Source: Selaginella moellendorffii
Taxonomy: Eukaryota; Plantae; Lycopodiophyta
Reading direction: 5' to 3'
Assembly (NCBI RefSeq): GCF_000143415.4
Contig: NW_003314384.1
Location: 1 to 64,000, forward strand
DNA: 64,000 bases
The position numbers and the translations under genes are program-made. The notes under the pieces were generated by a model. The model saw nothing but the letters and a program-made list of their open reading frames with translations, made no database searches and was not told where the DNA came from. Positions 1 to 13,400 of the stretch are shown here, piece after piece; the first letter of the stretch is position 1; every line of letters begins with the position of its first letter.

Positions 1-409
1 ATTGGTGGGGACAGAAAGGGATATTGGGGATTGCTATCCCCATGTCTGTGGGCATTCTAAGGATGCTAAGGAGTGGATCTGGAATGATCACTCATGCACG
101 GATGGCCCAGTGTTGGAGAGACAGGATTGCAATGCAGGTGGTGTTAGACCACCGATGTGACCAGGGTGAATGAGCGTGGCCTGGCATAATGGGTTCATAT
201 ATCGATGGTACGTTGGGGTGTCGGTCATGGGATCGGACACGTGGAGCACTTGGACCAAGTGCAAAGGTTGAGTGGCATGGATGCCATTCTCGGGGCTAGC
301 AAGCCCCAAGTCCTGAATGGGACTTATGGAGGTTGTGAATGAGACTCCTCCAAGTGGTCGGAGGTGTGGTTAAGCGAATAAAGTAGAATGGAAAAATTTG
401 CCGCTTACA
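1..409 (+). mobile_element. 3' end of an LTR of retroelement family A (from an upstream tandem unit)
   Basis: Near-identical to ~14204-14615. Ends ...GCCGCTTACA and is followed by CTAAA, the same target-site pentamer that flanks the full element. Confidence 0.9.
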
Positions 410-1333
410 CTAAACTATACCTCAAGTGTGTTGGCCATATCTAACCTACCCACTATCTTTACTATACATTTGGAACCCCTTGTAATAGCTTGAGAAAGGA
501 TATCAACATTAGTTATAAAACTCCCCAAATGATAAATAACCTCAAAATTATATATCTAAAGCTTCAAATCCTATTATGTAGTACAAAATACCAAGTTCCT
601 CTACTTCAATAATAAAATAACCACAACATGATTACCTTATAGTAATGTTTGAGAATTATGCAAGTATGCATGAAATTTCTTGAAACAACAAATATCTGCT
701 AAACACTCTTCTATTGTGCCTCTACTAGTTATAATGTACAACTAATATATGCAATGGTGCTAACCAAGAATACTCAAGCATTCTTGCATCAACACACCTC
801 CAAAATCGATATCAAAAGCATCAATGAGCAAAATGAAGTAGGTAGGATATGCTAAATTGAAGGAGTTGTTAACAGCTTTTTGAGATTTGTAAAGGCCTAC
901 TCACAATTCACAGACTAGATAAAAAACAATGTTAACAACTTTAATACGGTGTAATACAATCAAAAAGATAATCAACAAAATGATCAAAATATTGCATCTT
1001 ATCTAACAAACGTTGCACATCATTCACACACTACAGAGTAGGGAACTTTAAAACTACCACAAATTTGTTAGGATCAACTTTCAAACCTTCATAAAAAATA
1101 TAGTACCCAAGAGAAGTTTTATCATTAGACCCAAACACACACTTTGATTGCTTCAACTTCAAACAAACTTCTTGTAGATGATTCAACACCTTATGAACAT
1201 CATGGATGTTCTCCTACATCCCCTTTCAGTAAATCAAAACAACATTAATGAAGTTAATAGTTATTTGTAGGGGGTTCCAAATACTGGGCTGAGTATGCTC
1301 AATAAGAAACACATAGGAGTTCCTACCTTATAT

Positions 1334-1553
1334 NNNNNNNNNNNNNNNNNNNNNNNNNNNNNNNNNNNNNNNNNNNNNNNNNNNNNNNNNNNNNNNNNNN
1401 NNNNNNNNNNNNNNNNNNNNNNNNNNNNNNNNNNNNNNNNNNNNNNNNNNNNNNNNNNNNNNNNNNNNNNNNNNNNNNNNNNNNNNNNNNNNNNNNNNNN
1501 NNNNNNNNNNNNNNNNNNNNNNNNNNNNNNNNNNNNNNNNNNNNNNNNNNNNN
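1334..1553. other. Assembly gap (N run)
   Basis: Run of N. The equivalent sequence is resolved in the second unit at ~15540-15760. Confidence 0.99.
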
Positions 1554-2290
1554 AACACTGCCAAGTAAAATCAATCACTAACTTTTCCTTTAGCAAGACT
1601 AGTATACCCAATGCAAAGCTCAACCCTTACTCGATAATCTTGTCTAGAATGTAACCTATAGCATGTAAAGTGATCACTACTACACCCCCTTTTAACACAC
1701 TTATGAGTGATTACAAATGTATAGGGTAAAATATGTTATTATACCTTCTAACATATGTTATACATTTAGATTAATCAAGTATAAATATATTTAAAAATTT
1801 AAAAATTTCTTAAACAGCTATCTTCTGGATATTTATAAATTATAAAAATGTTTACAGTTATAAACTTTCTTAAGCACCCATTCTTGCCATAAATAATCAT
1901 ATTACCTTACTGTGCTGGGTTGAGTGATGGGCTCTCCTATCATATATGTGATGATAGGAGAGTGGCAATTCTTTACTGTCCTGCTTGTACTGTAGGATGT
2001 GGTGATGAAATTGTGAGAAAGAATGAAGGGAAGATTTTTCTTCATTTCATTCATTAGAACTCTTGATTTCTCTTGTCTAAACTTTGCATAGAAAACTCTA
2101 CTCTAAACTTTATATGAAAACAAACACATGAGTTACTACATTGTAAGGAAATGAGTGGAACTTAAGGGCTTCGTGTCTTTATTATGTTAAATTGTTTATG
2201 AACTTATAGCAATGATGTTGGTGTAGGAGCTGGGCCTGGTGCTGATGCTGGTGATTCTGGTGCCAATGCTGGAGGTGTTGGTACTGGTAG

Positions 2291-2928
2291 TCACGATAGG
2301 GATGGTGTTGGTGAAAGTGAAGGTGTTGGTGTTGGTGATAGTGGTGGTGGTTGTGTTCTAGGTGGAGTTCTTGGTCGTGGTGGTAGAGGCATTCTTGGTC
2401 GTGGTGGGGGTGGTCTTCTAGGTGGTGGTGGTGGTGGAGGACTTGGTGGTGGTGGAGGTGAACAAGCATTTGGAGTAAAATAATAGGGTCCACAAGTGAA
2501 CTTATTATTTCCATTATTGATGCATGTTCTTAAGGATTGGCCACTTGATCCACCATTTATGTCTGTTAAGAAAGAACACCCTCGGGGTGCTCTACTCGTA
2601 TCGACACTCACTCGGCAACTCTCAATATCTGTTCCAGTCTTCACTAATTTAAAGATATTAAAGTATCCTCTATTATTTGTAAATGATGAATCACTGTCTC
2701 TTGGACAAACCAGGTTTACCTTGGCATCTGAAAGATTTAACAAGATTAGAAAAATACAGAAGATAGATCAATTTTCTTACTGAAAATGCCACTCTGAGAA
2801 AGTGATCCACAATTAGTACAATAAATATAGCCTTCTACTTTGATACTTGTAGTGGCAGCACAAAAATTTTCATTTTTCAGAATGACTGCAAGTAATAAAA
2901 TTAAATAGAGAAATGTTTTGTTTTCCAT
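2291..2928 (-). CDS. Pollen Ole e 1 / extensin-like secreted protein, copy 1 (exons 2928-2781 and 2727-2291)
   Basis: Signal peptide MENKTFLYLILLLAVIL. Ole e 1 motifs VEGYIYCTNC, AKVNLVC, TNNRGYF, CRVSV, GCS. A 53-nt GTAAG..TTTCAG phase-1 intron joins the two ORFs in frame. Ser-Pro4+ extensin tail. Confidence 0.9.
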
Positions 2929-2961
2929 ACTTACATGGTAATGTGAGGTAAAAGAATGCCC

Positions 2962-2968
2962 TTTTATA
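2962..2968 (-). promoter_or_regulatory. Probable TATA box of the Ole e 1-like gene (also in copies 2 and 3)
   Basis: TATAAAA on the minus strand ~35 nt upstream of the ATG at 2928. Confidence 0.5.
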
Positions 2969-4366
2969 ATCTGCACTGCATTAAGTCAAACATCTAAGGT
3001 ACAACTAATCAAGACTTTTTTCAAATCCAAATATTCTTATTTATGTGATCTCATATTTCCTACTTTTGCTATGCCAATGATCTTAAACTTGGAATAATAA
3101 TAATAATAATACTCAAGAATCTTTGTATATTTTTCAAAATCTAAACTTTGCATCTAATATTGGTTCAAATAAATTAGATTAAAATGGTGTTTAACACCTA
3201 GATTAAGAAAGAATATTCTCAAAATTGAGTGCTTAACTGCTACATGGAGGAAAACACACCTTAGTCGTTAATGCAAATCAGACTTTACTGCATACAAGTA
3301 TCTAGGTATCTGGATAGGTGGTACATGTGTTAACATAAAGCATCCCACCTAGATCTCTATGATGTTCGGTGTGCCCCAAGTTTCCTAAGGTAAAAGTCTT
3401 GGTGCAGCTGTAAATCTCTTTTTAACCTTTAACCTTTATACTTTGAAATTATGGTCTAAAAGAATATTCTCAGAATAACCTTTAATTTTGTGTCAAATGA
3501 AATAATATATTAAAGAAGATAGCTCACCTTGGTGCAACATGGCTGCCAAGCAATGGTTTCTTCATTCACCCACACTTTCTTGCAACGCTCAAGATATAAG
3601 GTGCCTCTAGCAGCCAGATCATCATTGTGTCCTTGAATGTTATTTATGGAAATAGTGTGGATTTCCACACTATAGATGCTACAATTGATCAAGTTTGGTC
3701 AACACCTCTTAGTCTAGTTATTTTCAACAGTTATATCTTCTTTCTATAAAAGCATAGATACCAGTGACAAATTTATTATTATTGAGTTTAATTTTATGGT
3801 TGTGGAGAATCTCCAAGAAGAAAAAGATTTCTGTCTTCATCACTTTTGAAGGGGTTAATACCTTCAATCTAGAATTGAGCCCAGCAATGGCAAGAGAGTT
3901 TATATGGAGTGAACTAATCTAGGTTTGGGTTTGGCTTAAGATCACTTATCCTTAACCATATCTAAACTTAGATAATGAAAGGATAATCCAAGCACTTAGC
4001 CAAAAGCCATAAACATCACAAACACCTATTCCATTGCTTTGTTAATTTCTGGAGGATTGGTTTGTTAAATGTTATGCTAAACCTTATAAACTTACGATCC
4101 AACTTTTTACAACACCCAATATAGTCCCTTCTATTGAGTAAGGAGCCCCTTAGATTGGGAATGTAATATTAGGAAAATAGACTAATACTAAGTCATTCAC
4201 TTCATACTCTGCAAATGGACAATGATGGGAGTTGTAGTGTCATTATTGTCCCACTTATGCACGGCTAAGTGTTTAGTAGACTCTTCTTGGATGAGTGGAA
4301 TAATGCACATTATATACTAATATCAAGATTTAGCATCAGTAGCTCATGATAATCGTGAAGGTAAAA

Positions 4367-5488
4367 TGCTTCCTTGTCTAAATCTTGAGTATAAACTGAC
4401 AACTATCAAGGCTTAGAAATCTTTCCCTAAATGTGCATTCTAGCCAATCCAAGCCTAGCTCCTATCCACCTAGATGATCCAAGAATTTCTCCTTGTTGAC
4501 ATTCCACTAGATATGTGCTAACTTAGTTGTCATTATAGATCTTACTTAGCCAATCTAACTCTTGGTAGTATTAGATTATGATCATATAAAACTTTATATG
4601 GTGAAGCACTAATAAAACTCTATACCCTTGTGATATATGCATACTGAAGAAACAATAAATATTTTGCAATCATCCCTTTAAAGTTCTAAACAAGCCATTC
4701 TACCAAGCCATTTGTTTGTGGATGATAAACACTTGTGAAATGCTTCCTTGTCTAAATCTTGAGTATAAACTGACAACTATCAAGGCTTAGAAATCTTTCC
4801 CTAAATATGCATTCTAGCCAATCCAAGCCTAGCTCCTATCCACCTAGATGATCCAAGAATTTCTCCTTGTTGACATTCCACTAGATATGTGCTAACTTAG
4901 TTGTCATTATAGATCTTACTTAGCCAATCTAACTCTTGGTAGTATTAGATTATGATCATATAAAACTTTATATGGTGAAGCACTAATAAAACTCTATACC
5001 CTTGTGATATATGCATACTGAAGAAACAATAAATATTTTGCAATCATCCCTTTAAAGTTCTAAACAAGCCATTCTACCAAGCCATTTGTTTGTGGATGAT
5101 AAACACTTGTGAAATGCTTCCTTGTCTAAATCTTGAGTATAAACTGACAACTATCAAGGCTTAGAAATCTTTCCCTAAATATGCATTCTAGCCAATCCAA
5201 GCCTAGCTCCTATCCACCTAGATGATCCAAGAATTTCTCCTTGTTGACATTCCACTAGATATGTGCTAACTTAGTTGTCATTATAGATCTTACTTAGCCA
5301 ATCTAACTCTTGGTAGTATTAGATTATGATCATATAAAACTTTATATGGTGAAGCACTAATAAAACTCTATACCCTTGTGATATATGCATACTGAAGAAA
5401 CAACAAATATTTTGCAATCATCCCTTTAAAGTTCTAAACAAGCCATTCTACCAAGCCATTTGTTTGTGGATGATAAACACTTGTGAAA
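4367..5488. repeat. Three tandem copies of a 374-bp unit
   Basis: TGCTTCCTTGTCTAAATC starts at 4367, 4741 and 5115. Only one copy is present in the paralogous unit (~18571-18945). Confidence 0.95.
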
Positions 5489-5675
5489 GTGTGAAGTATG
5501 GAGCAAGGGAGTGAAGGAATTGAAGTATAGAGCAATTCCCAAACATACAGCCCAAGGAGTGAAGGGACAGGAGCATTGAGTGACCTTTGAATAGTCTTAG
5601 AACATCCAGCATCCCAATGCTAGGATCGGCATCCGAAATGAAGCCAAATGGAGTTTGGTGCTATTTTAGCACATT

Positions 5676-6704
5676 TGTTGTGAATGTGACTTTGGGTATA
5701 AAAAGTTATATGTCGGCTAGTCCTTTCTGATATTCTTTCCTTACTACCATAACAGCAGGAGGTCGGTATTGTTGGACCCTTTATTAGTTTCCACCTAAGC
5801 TAATTGAGAAACTAATCATCACATGTGCACTAAAACTAGAAGGGCACTAAAGAAGGAAATACTAAGTTGTTATTTATCAAGCAGACTTGACACCGTGATG
5901 AGAAACTCATGATGTTGACTTGCACTTGCTAGTGTTGGGAACCCACGTGATATTGAGCTTGGTCCCTCAATATTCGCTAAATGATAGCTTACCGTGTTTG
6001 CCAAACACCCTTGTTATCATACCTTTTGTGTTACTCTCATTCTAGTCCCAAAAGCTATTTATGAAAAGTGTCTAGATTTGCTTATTTGGCATATTTACGA
6101 AATGTAAAGATTGTTCTGAACATAATAGTGTTCATCCCATGTCCAAATTCACAATTTAGGGACATTCCATATTTAATAAGTTTCAAGCTTGTCCCAGAGA
6201 TTAACTCTTTGGTAGGTCGGGCATGGCTGACCAACCTGAGGCATAGTTTAGCTCCCGCTTGCATGCCTGTCCTTGTTCTGCGTCCGGCTTGGAGCTCCAC
6301 ACCATGCTAGCTGGTGGAGTACCCATATCCTCACGTTAGGCCACTGGTATGTTGAAATAGTGCTAGACTCCATTTGTCTCCATTTTGCGTGTTGGTCTTG
6401 ACATTAGGATGATGGTTGCTCTAGGATTGTTCCAAGCCGCTCCATGCTCCTATCCTTTTGCTCCTTGGGTTATATACTCAGGAGTTGTTCCGTGCCCTAG
6501 TGCCATTGCTCCTTGGCTCCATACTTGGGAGTTTGGCACCATTCCTTCGTTCAGTGGCCCAAAGGCCCTGAAAGTCGGGTTCCACACCACTGTTCTTTCA
6601 ACACGTGGCATGTGACACGTGGCACATAGTGGTTTAGGTTCCTCTTTGTGGTTATCCTGTGGTAAATCATTATAGAATAAAGGGTAAAAACCATATGTGT
6701 TATA
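5676..6704 (+). mobile_element. Solo LTR, family B, nested in an inverted family-B LTR
   Basis: Begins TGTTGTGAATGTGAC like the 38813 LTR and ends like 40058. Degenerate 5-bp TSD ACATT/ATACT. The flanks are reverse-complement family-B LTR sequence. Confidence 0.7.
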
Positions 6705-6819
6705 ATACTGATGGCCTAACATGAGCATATGGGTACTCTACCAGTTAGTATGGTGTGGAACTTAGGCTTAGACCCAAGTTAGACACAAAATAAAGACAGG
6801 TACACAAATGGGAGCTAAA

Positions 6820-7375
6820 TGTGAAACACAAAATCCCTAGGCCCCAAAGTAGAGCCGAAAAGGCACCACGTGGTAGTGGCCAAAGCGAAAGCCAAACGAG
6901 CGTAACACGTCTGAACTAAAAGCTCCGACTTGAAAAGGTCGAGAGTGGGAGTGGAACTCCCAACAAAGGGCTCGAGGAACAAGCACGGGGCGAGCCATGA
7001 GTGAGTCTCTAGAAAATGGGACACAAGAGGACCAAAACATGACACGTGGAAGTGTCCGAGATGGAGTCCGAGGTGGAGTCCGAGATGGAGTCCGAGGTGG
7101 AGTCCGAGATGGAGTCCAAGATGGAGTCTGAGATGGAGTCCGAGGTGGAGTCCGAGGTGGACCCGAGATGGACCCAAGATGGACCCGAGGTGAGTCCGAG
7201 ATGGACCCGAGGTGGAGTCCGAGATGGACTCGAGATGGAGTCCGAGATGGAGTCCGAGATGGACCCGAGATGGAGTTCGAGATGGAGTCCGAGATGGACC
7301 CGAGATGGACCCGAGATGGAGTCCGAGATGGACCGAGACAGAGTCCGAGATGGAGTCTGAGAGGGACCCGAGATG

Positions 7376-7406
<31 letters not shown>

Positions 7407-10400
7407 GAACTGAGACCGAGACTGAGGCCGAGGCCGAGACCGAGCGAGGTGGAGTCCGAGATGGAGTCCGAGATGGAGTCTGAGATGGAGTCCGAGGTGG
7501 AGTCCGAGGTGGACCCGAGATGGACCCGAGGTGAGTCCGAGATGGACCCGAGGTGGAGTCCGAGATGGACCCGAGATGGAGTCTAAGATGGAGTCCGAGA
7601 TGGACCCGAGATGGAGTCCGAGATGGACCTAAGATGGAGTTCGAGATGGAGTCCGAGATGGACCCGAGATGGACCCGAGATGGAGTCCGAGATGGACCGA
7701 GATAGAGTTCAAGATGGAGTCTGAGAAGGACCCGAGATGGAGACCGAGACTGAGACCGAGACCGAGACCGAGACCGGAACTGAGACCGAGACTGAGGCCA
7801 AGGCCGAGACCGAGCCCGAGTCTGAGTCCGAGTCTGAGTACGAGTCCAAGTCCAAGTCCGAGTCCGAGTCCGAGTCTGAGTTCGAGTCTGAGTGGGTGAA
7901 AGCCCAAAGCGTTTGTCTCCTAGACACTGGGGGGTTTGGTGAGCTTCAAAAGTATAGAAAGGGGAGGACTGCAGTGGAGCCAGTTTGGCCCAAGAAGGCT
8001 GTACCCAATATTGGGTGATGAGCTACCCACTGGGAAGTCCAAGACTAGAGTGAATACAGACCGACAAGCAGGGTAGCTTAGTGAAGTGTTCAAAAGCCGG
8101 CTCTAGTTCCTCTGGGAGATCGATTGGCCGATGCTCCCAGTCCAAGTGTGGGTGGCACTACCTACTTGGATACCTGGCGTGGCTCAATGGAACCTCACTC
8201 TGAGCCCATGGCTAGAGCACCTAAAGGCGGAAGGTGGGGAGAGTACCCATGAGGCCCGCGTAGGGCCACGGTGTTCCGAAATGTTGTCCCAAAGTCCCAG
8301 ACTGTGGAAAGGAAGAGGAGTAATCCTCTGGAGTAGAGACCAAGGATACAGTCGTGTGGCGAGGAAGTCCCAGAGGACCGTGGGACTTAGTGGTCGGGCC
8401 TGTGGGCCTCGATCCAGTGGTGGTGTTGGCAAATGTGGCCATGAGCAGAAAGGGATTTGGTGGGGACCAGAAAAGGGATATTGGGGAAGGCTATTCCCCA
8501 TGTCTGTGGGCATCCTAAGGATGCTAAGAAGTGGATCTGGGACAATCACTCATGGACGGATGGCCCAGTGTTGGAGAGACGGGATTGCAATGCAGGTTGT
8601 GTTAGACCACCAATGTGACCAAGGTGAATGAGCGTGGCCTAGTGTAACGGGCTCATATGTCGGTGGTACGTTGGGGTGTCGGTCATGGGATCGGACACGT
8701 GGAGCACTTGGGCCAAGTGCAAAGGTTGAGTGGCATGGATGCCATTCTCGGGGCTAGCAAGCCCCAAGTCCTGAATGGGACTTATGGAGGTTGTGAATAA
8801 GACTCCTCCAAGTGGTCAGAGGTGCGGTTAAGTGAATAAAGTAGAATGGAAAAATTTGTCACTTACAACTTGGTATCGGAGCTATTCCTTAGTCCGACTT
8901 TTATTGGTGCTCAAGTATATCACCATTGATATTGCCATCAGAAGGTCCTAGGAGTGGGCCTATCCTTGAGGAGTAGCATATTGAGAGGACATGGCTCTCC
9001 ACTCAAGTTCATGTGTGAACTTGGGCACGATGTGGTGGATAGAAAAGGGGCCAGTAAGGGAACGACTTTGGAATCTTGGGAATAGTATAAGGGTTTCCTC
9101 AGAGAGTTGAGGATGTGATCCAGATGAGCGTTTGACTGAGCAAACTAGTTGATGTAGTTGTGGTGAACAACTACAGTTGGGATCATGGGAAAGATGCGGA
9201 CTCCAGAACAATAAAGGAGTCACAAGATTACCCTTATATAGTTGAGGCTAGTACTCATAAATTTGAGACCGGAATTGGTGACTGTGGAAGGTCATATACA
9301 GAAAAGGACACAAGTCCTCGAAATGGTAGCCGAGGCTACCTCTAATAAATGCTAGAACAACCCAAGGAGTTGGGGGTGTACTTAAAGATGAGTTGCTATT
9401 CTCATCACATGGACAAGTAGTCCTAAGGGGCAAACGTTAGCCCCAAGAAAATCATCAAGTGTCGGAGTAACACTTGCAAAGATTGTCCTTGTGAGTAGGA
9501 CATGAATACAAAAAGTTGTGTTCTAGCAAGTTGGCACCTTGAAGACTAAGACCTCACAGGTTGTTGGATTACCAAAGTCCAAAATGCTAGATGACTCAAG
9601 TGGAGTCAGGGAATGGTCCTAAGGGATTGGTTGAAGCATTTGGACTAAGGTGTATGGTGTCCCATGAGGTATGGGGAGGATCATAAGATCCAAGTATGAG
9701 AACAGTAAGTATCTCGTTGATGGCAGAATGTGCCATACTAAAGTTGTGGGAAAGATGTTTCCAGAACAAAGAACTTTTGGCCCAGAGTTGGGTGCGAACA
9801 CTATGGTGCGGTGCTAACGGATAGTTAACATGAGGAATAACTATATTGGTTTTGGCAAAGACCTAGACACTAATAACTAGTGTCATAAGGATAAGCTCAT
9901 GGGGCCAATGGTGTGGAGACACTAAATGTGCCAAGGTGTGATACCTTGAGGTTATGTTGGTGGGTTCATAAGAACCCCTTGCCAAAGGAATCTCAACGGA
10001 AATGGGAATAGCATAGCCTAAGCTAGAAGGTATGTGGTAGAGTGTGGTGACCAAAACAATGATGGAGGTGTGGAAGCACCAGCAATGAGTTGTATGACTT
10101 GACAACTATGAGGCAAATAAGCAAAAGGTGCAAGATAATTGGTTAAACTGGCAGAAGGTAGCTACCCAAGACTTCTTAATGGCATAAGAAAGTTAGATAT
10201 ACCCTTATGGGAGATAAATTGCTTATGTTGCGAAATAGTAAGTTAATGTCGTAAAAGGGAATGCTCATTGTCAAAGAGGCCACCATTTGGGACATCCAAA
10301 CACTCTATAACACCAAAAAGTGGTGTTTGATGTCACGAGGGCAATAGATAAGGCCCAAGGGACTAAGTCCCTAGTGAATAATGGATAGAAGGTGGTATTC

Positions 10401-13400
10401 AAATGTCCAAGGTTGCGGAGACGGGAGAAAACTATCTATCCAAATTAGACAATGCCAAAAAATGGAATTTTGGCAAGGCTAGTGATGGGCATGTAAGGAC
10501 CCATAAGCAACAAAATTAATCCCGGTGTGTGGGATTATAAGGTGAGCATACCTGGATTGAGGAACCACTCCCTAGACTATCGGGTCAGTTCATCCGTAAG
10601 AATATTTGCTAAGGCATAATGGAAAGTGCAAAGCTATCCTCCTAGTCTGGAGGAGAATGACCAAAGGAAAGATGTGAAGCCAAAAGCAAGTAGTCAAGGG
10701 ATAGAACCAAACCATAGGAATCGAAGGGCATAACTAAAGGTGGTTATGCCAATTGGCAGTGGAGAATCAAATGGGGGCTCAAGAGTGTTGTTGCTAGCAA
10801 CCGTGATGTCATGGAAAGTCTAAAATATGGAATTGTCCATGTTAGACTATATGGCAACTAGAAAGCTTGCTAAAAGGGAGGCCTTAGCAAGCTAAGGGAC
10901 ATAGTTCCTTCAAAAGTTCCCAAAGACGATTTTAGGTAGCTTAGTACCTAGAAAGCCAAGCGTAAATGGTTCCTAGAGCGCGCGAAATCAGAGTGGCACA
11001 GCAGAAGCGTGGTCTTGAAGCTGGCCATGAGGCAAGGCTATCAAGGTTGGGGAAGTGGTTCCTGAGTGTTCAAAGAGAGGGCTTTGAACGAAAGTCGATA
11101 GTTAAGGACTTTCACATTTATGCATGAACCATGTTATGGTGGCCAGATGGCTTGCTAAGTGAGATTGGCAGGTCAAGGGGACAAATCCCCTAGTTGAGTG
11201 TGCTAACTTCAAAAGGGGTGGCCCATGGGGCCGAGCATGGAGGAGTCCATGCATGATCACATACTTGTCAAGTGAAAGGACTTGGCAGTGCGGAGGAACT
11301 AGGTTCCTAAGCTGTGATCTATAGTGCGCTTTGACTATAAATTGGTGCACCGGCGTGGGGAGTCACGCCAGACATCTTGGATGATGCCTTCTGTAGATGC
11401 ATATACGGAGGTTGGGTTCGAGTCCCGACCCTCTAGTGCTTGGGTTTGAGTCCCAAATCACTAGGGTGTGGTGATGGTTTGGAATATGAGGACACTCATA
11501 TTTCAGTGGTTATGGACTCTCAATGAGGAGATTCGGTTGGGCACACTGCCAAGCGGGGGATGCCCCAGAGTCGTGATGCACGGTTAGATTGCTTAGAGTG
11601 AAAGCTTGACATATCTAACTTGAACACTTTGGTGCAAAGGGCACCAAAGACGTGGTGAATGAGATGGGGATACCCAGTCTCAGTTGCTATGGATCCTTGG
11701 CCGGAAGGGCTGGCTTGGGTGCCCCGCCAAGTGTGGGGGATGCCCCCCAGGGTCATAATCAACAATTTAAAAGGGTCTGGAAAACCTAGTTCCTATTGGT
11801 AGACCTGTTAAGGGGTCAAAATGAGATCACCAGGTGATCTTGTGGCTAAACAAGGATAAAGTCTTTGTTTGGGTTAAAGAATATGATTCCTAGTTTAAAG
11901 TGTTGATTTGAACTATTGATAATGGTGTGGTTTGGCCAAGGTGACCAAGTGGGAAGAACACCTAAGGGAAATGAGCTATATCAATGATATGGCATAATAA
12001 GTCCGAGGAAAGTAGTCTTTATAAGAGATCCAAGGGAGGGTCTCAAAAGTTGGGCTGTGGAAAGAGCCTATGGCAGAAAATGTTAAAGAGACGTACTAGG
12101 GGTGAACACCCTCTAGACTTGGCAAAGCAAAGTGCTTGCTATGGAACTAAAGGGAAACCTCTAAAATGGAGGTAGGGATCCTATATTGTTAGGTGCAACA
12201 ATCAAGGATAGGAGCAAAAGACTAGTGGCTAAGAAAAAGAGCTATAGGAATCATGGGAAAGAATCCAAATGGCAAAGTTGAGCCGAGAACACTAATGTGT
12301 TGGGTGCTAATGGATTGTAAGAAAGGCAATGTTTCCCCAAGGATGGATTCCCAACCACTCCGATTTGGCGAAAGTGGATGCTCCAAAGAGGGGAGCGGTA
12401 AGGTAGCCAAATAATAGGGCTGTGGGCAGCCATAGCACCAATTATGATAACTCGAACTTAGTGCCCAAAGGTGGCACGATATCGAAGAGAGGATGATGGT
12501 ACCCTCAAGTAAAGAACTTCCTAGGATAGGGAAGTGGAGTTGCACCATGTGCAACGTAAGGTGTCGGAGACACCTAGGAAATTCACTCGGAGAAGTCAAA
12601 ATTAAAAGTTCCAAAGTACAAAGGTTATGTCAATGGAATCTGAGACTACTCGAGAATGAGTAGTGGAATTGAGTTAGAGAGAACTGAACTAATAAAAGGG
12701 AGCAAACCACCCCAGGTGGTCGAGTGAGTCTCTACGTTGGAGAGACTATGCTCCTTAGAGGATGGACAAGGCATGGTGAGCCTTCGGGGTCAAACCATAG
12801 ACAAATATTAGCTGGGTGCCAAGGATGGAAATGGTAATACCTGTGGGTGTTACTTTATAAAAGGGTTTACCGTTCGATGAGGACATCGAACTTCGTCTAT
12901 GGGTGGTGGAGTTGTGAGACACAAAATCCCTAGGCCCCAAAGTGGAGCCGAAAGGGCACCACGTGGTAGTGGCCGAAGCGAAAGCCAAACAAGCATAACA
13001 CCTTTGGACTAAAATCTCCGACTTAAAAAGGTCGAGAGTGGGAGTGGAACTCCCAACAAAGGGCTCGAGAAACAAGCACGGGGCGAATCATGAGTGAGTC
13101 TCTAGAAAAGGGGACACAAGAGGACCAAAACATGACATATGGAAGTGTCCGAGATGGAGTCCGAGGTGGATTCCGAGGTGGACCCGAGATGGACCCAAAA
13201 TGGACCCGAGGTGAGTTCAAGATGGACCCGAGATGGAGTTCGAGATGGACCCGAGATGGAGTTCGAGATGGACCCGAGATGGAGTCTGAGATGGAGTCCG
13301 AGATGGACCTAGATGGAGTCTGAGAAGGAGTCCGAGATGGAGTCCAAGATGGACTCGAGATGGAATCCGAGATGGACCGAGACAGAGTCCGAGATGGAGT

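Noticed and set aside
1261-1654. ORFs containing X runs (also at 16.1 and 45.0 kb)
   Set aside because: Artefacts of N gaps.
2182-2514. His/Gln-rich 110-aa ORF (x3) and His-rich ORF 55251-55637
   Set aside because: Alternative frames of CCA/ACC Pro/Thr repeats in the overlapping genes.
3340-3900. 60-aa ORF with nearby splice-like signals upstream of each Ole e 1 copy
   Set aside because: Possible pseudogene exon relics, but no recognisable domain and stops in adjoining segments; unsupported.
6600-6626. ACACGTGGCATGTGACACGTGGCAC in family-B LTRs, resembling the 22-bp palindrome
   Set aside because: G-box-like tandem lacking the arm-N6-arm structure; belongs to the retroelement.
7046-8018. 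ORFs such as MESEMESE, PRWSPRWT and SDSDSD (also at 13.1-13.8, 20.3-21.0 and 35.3-36.0 kb)
   Set aside because: Translations of the LTR minisatellite, open in several frames on both strands; not genes.
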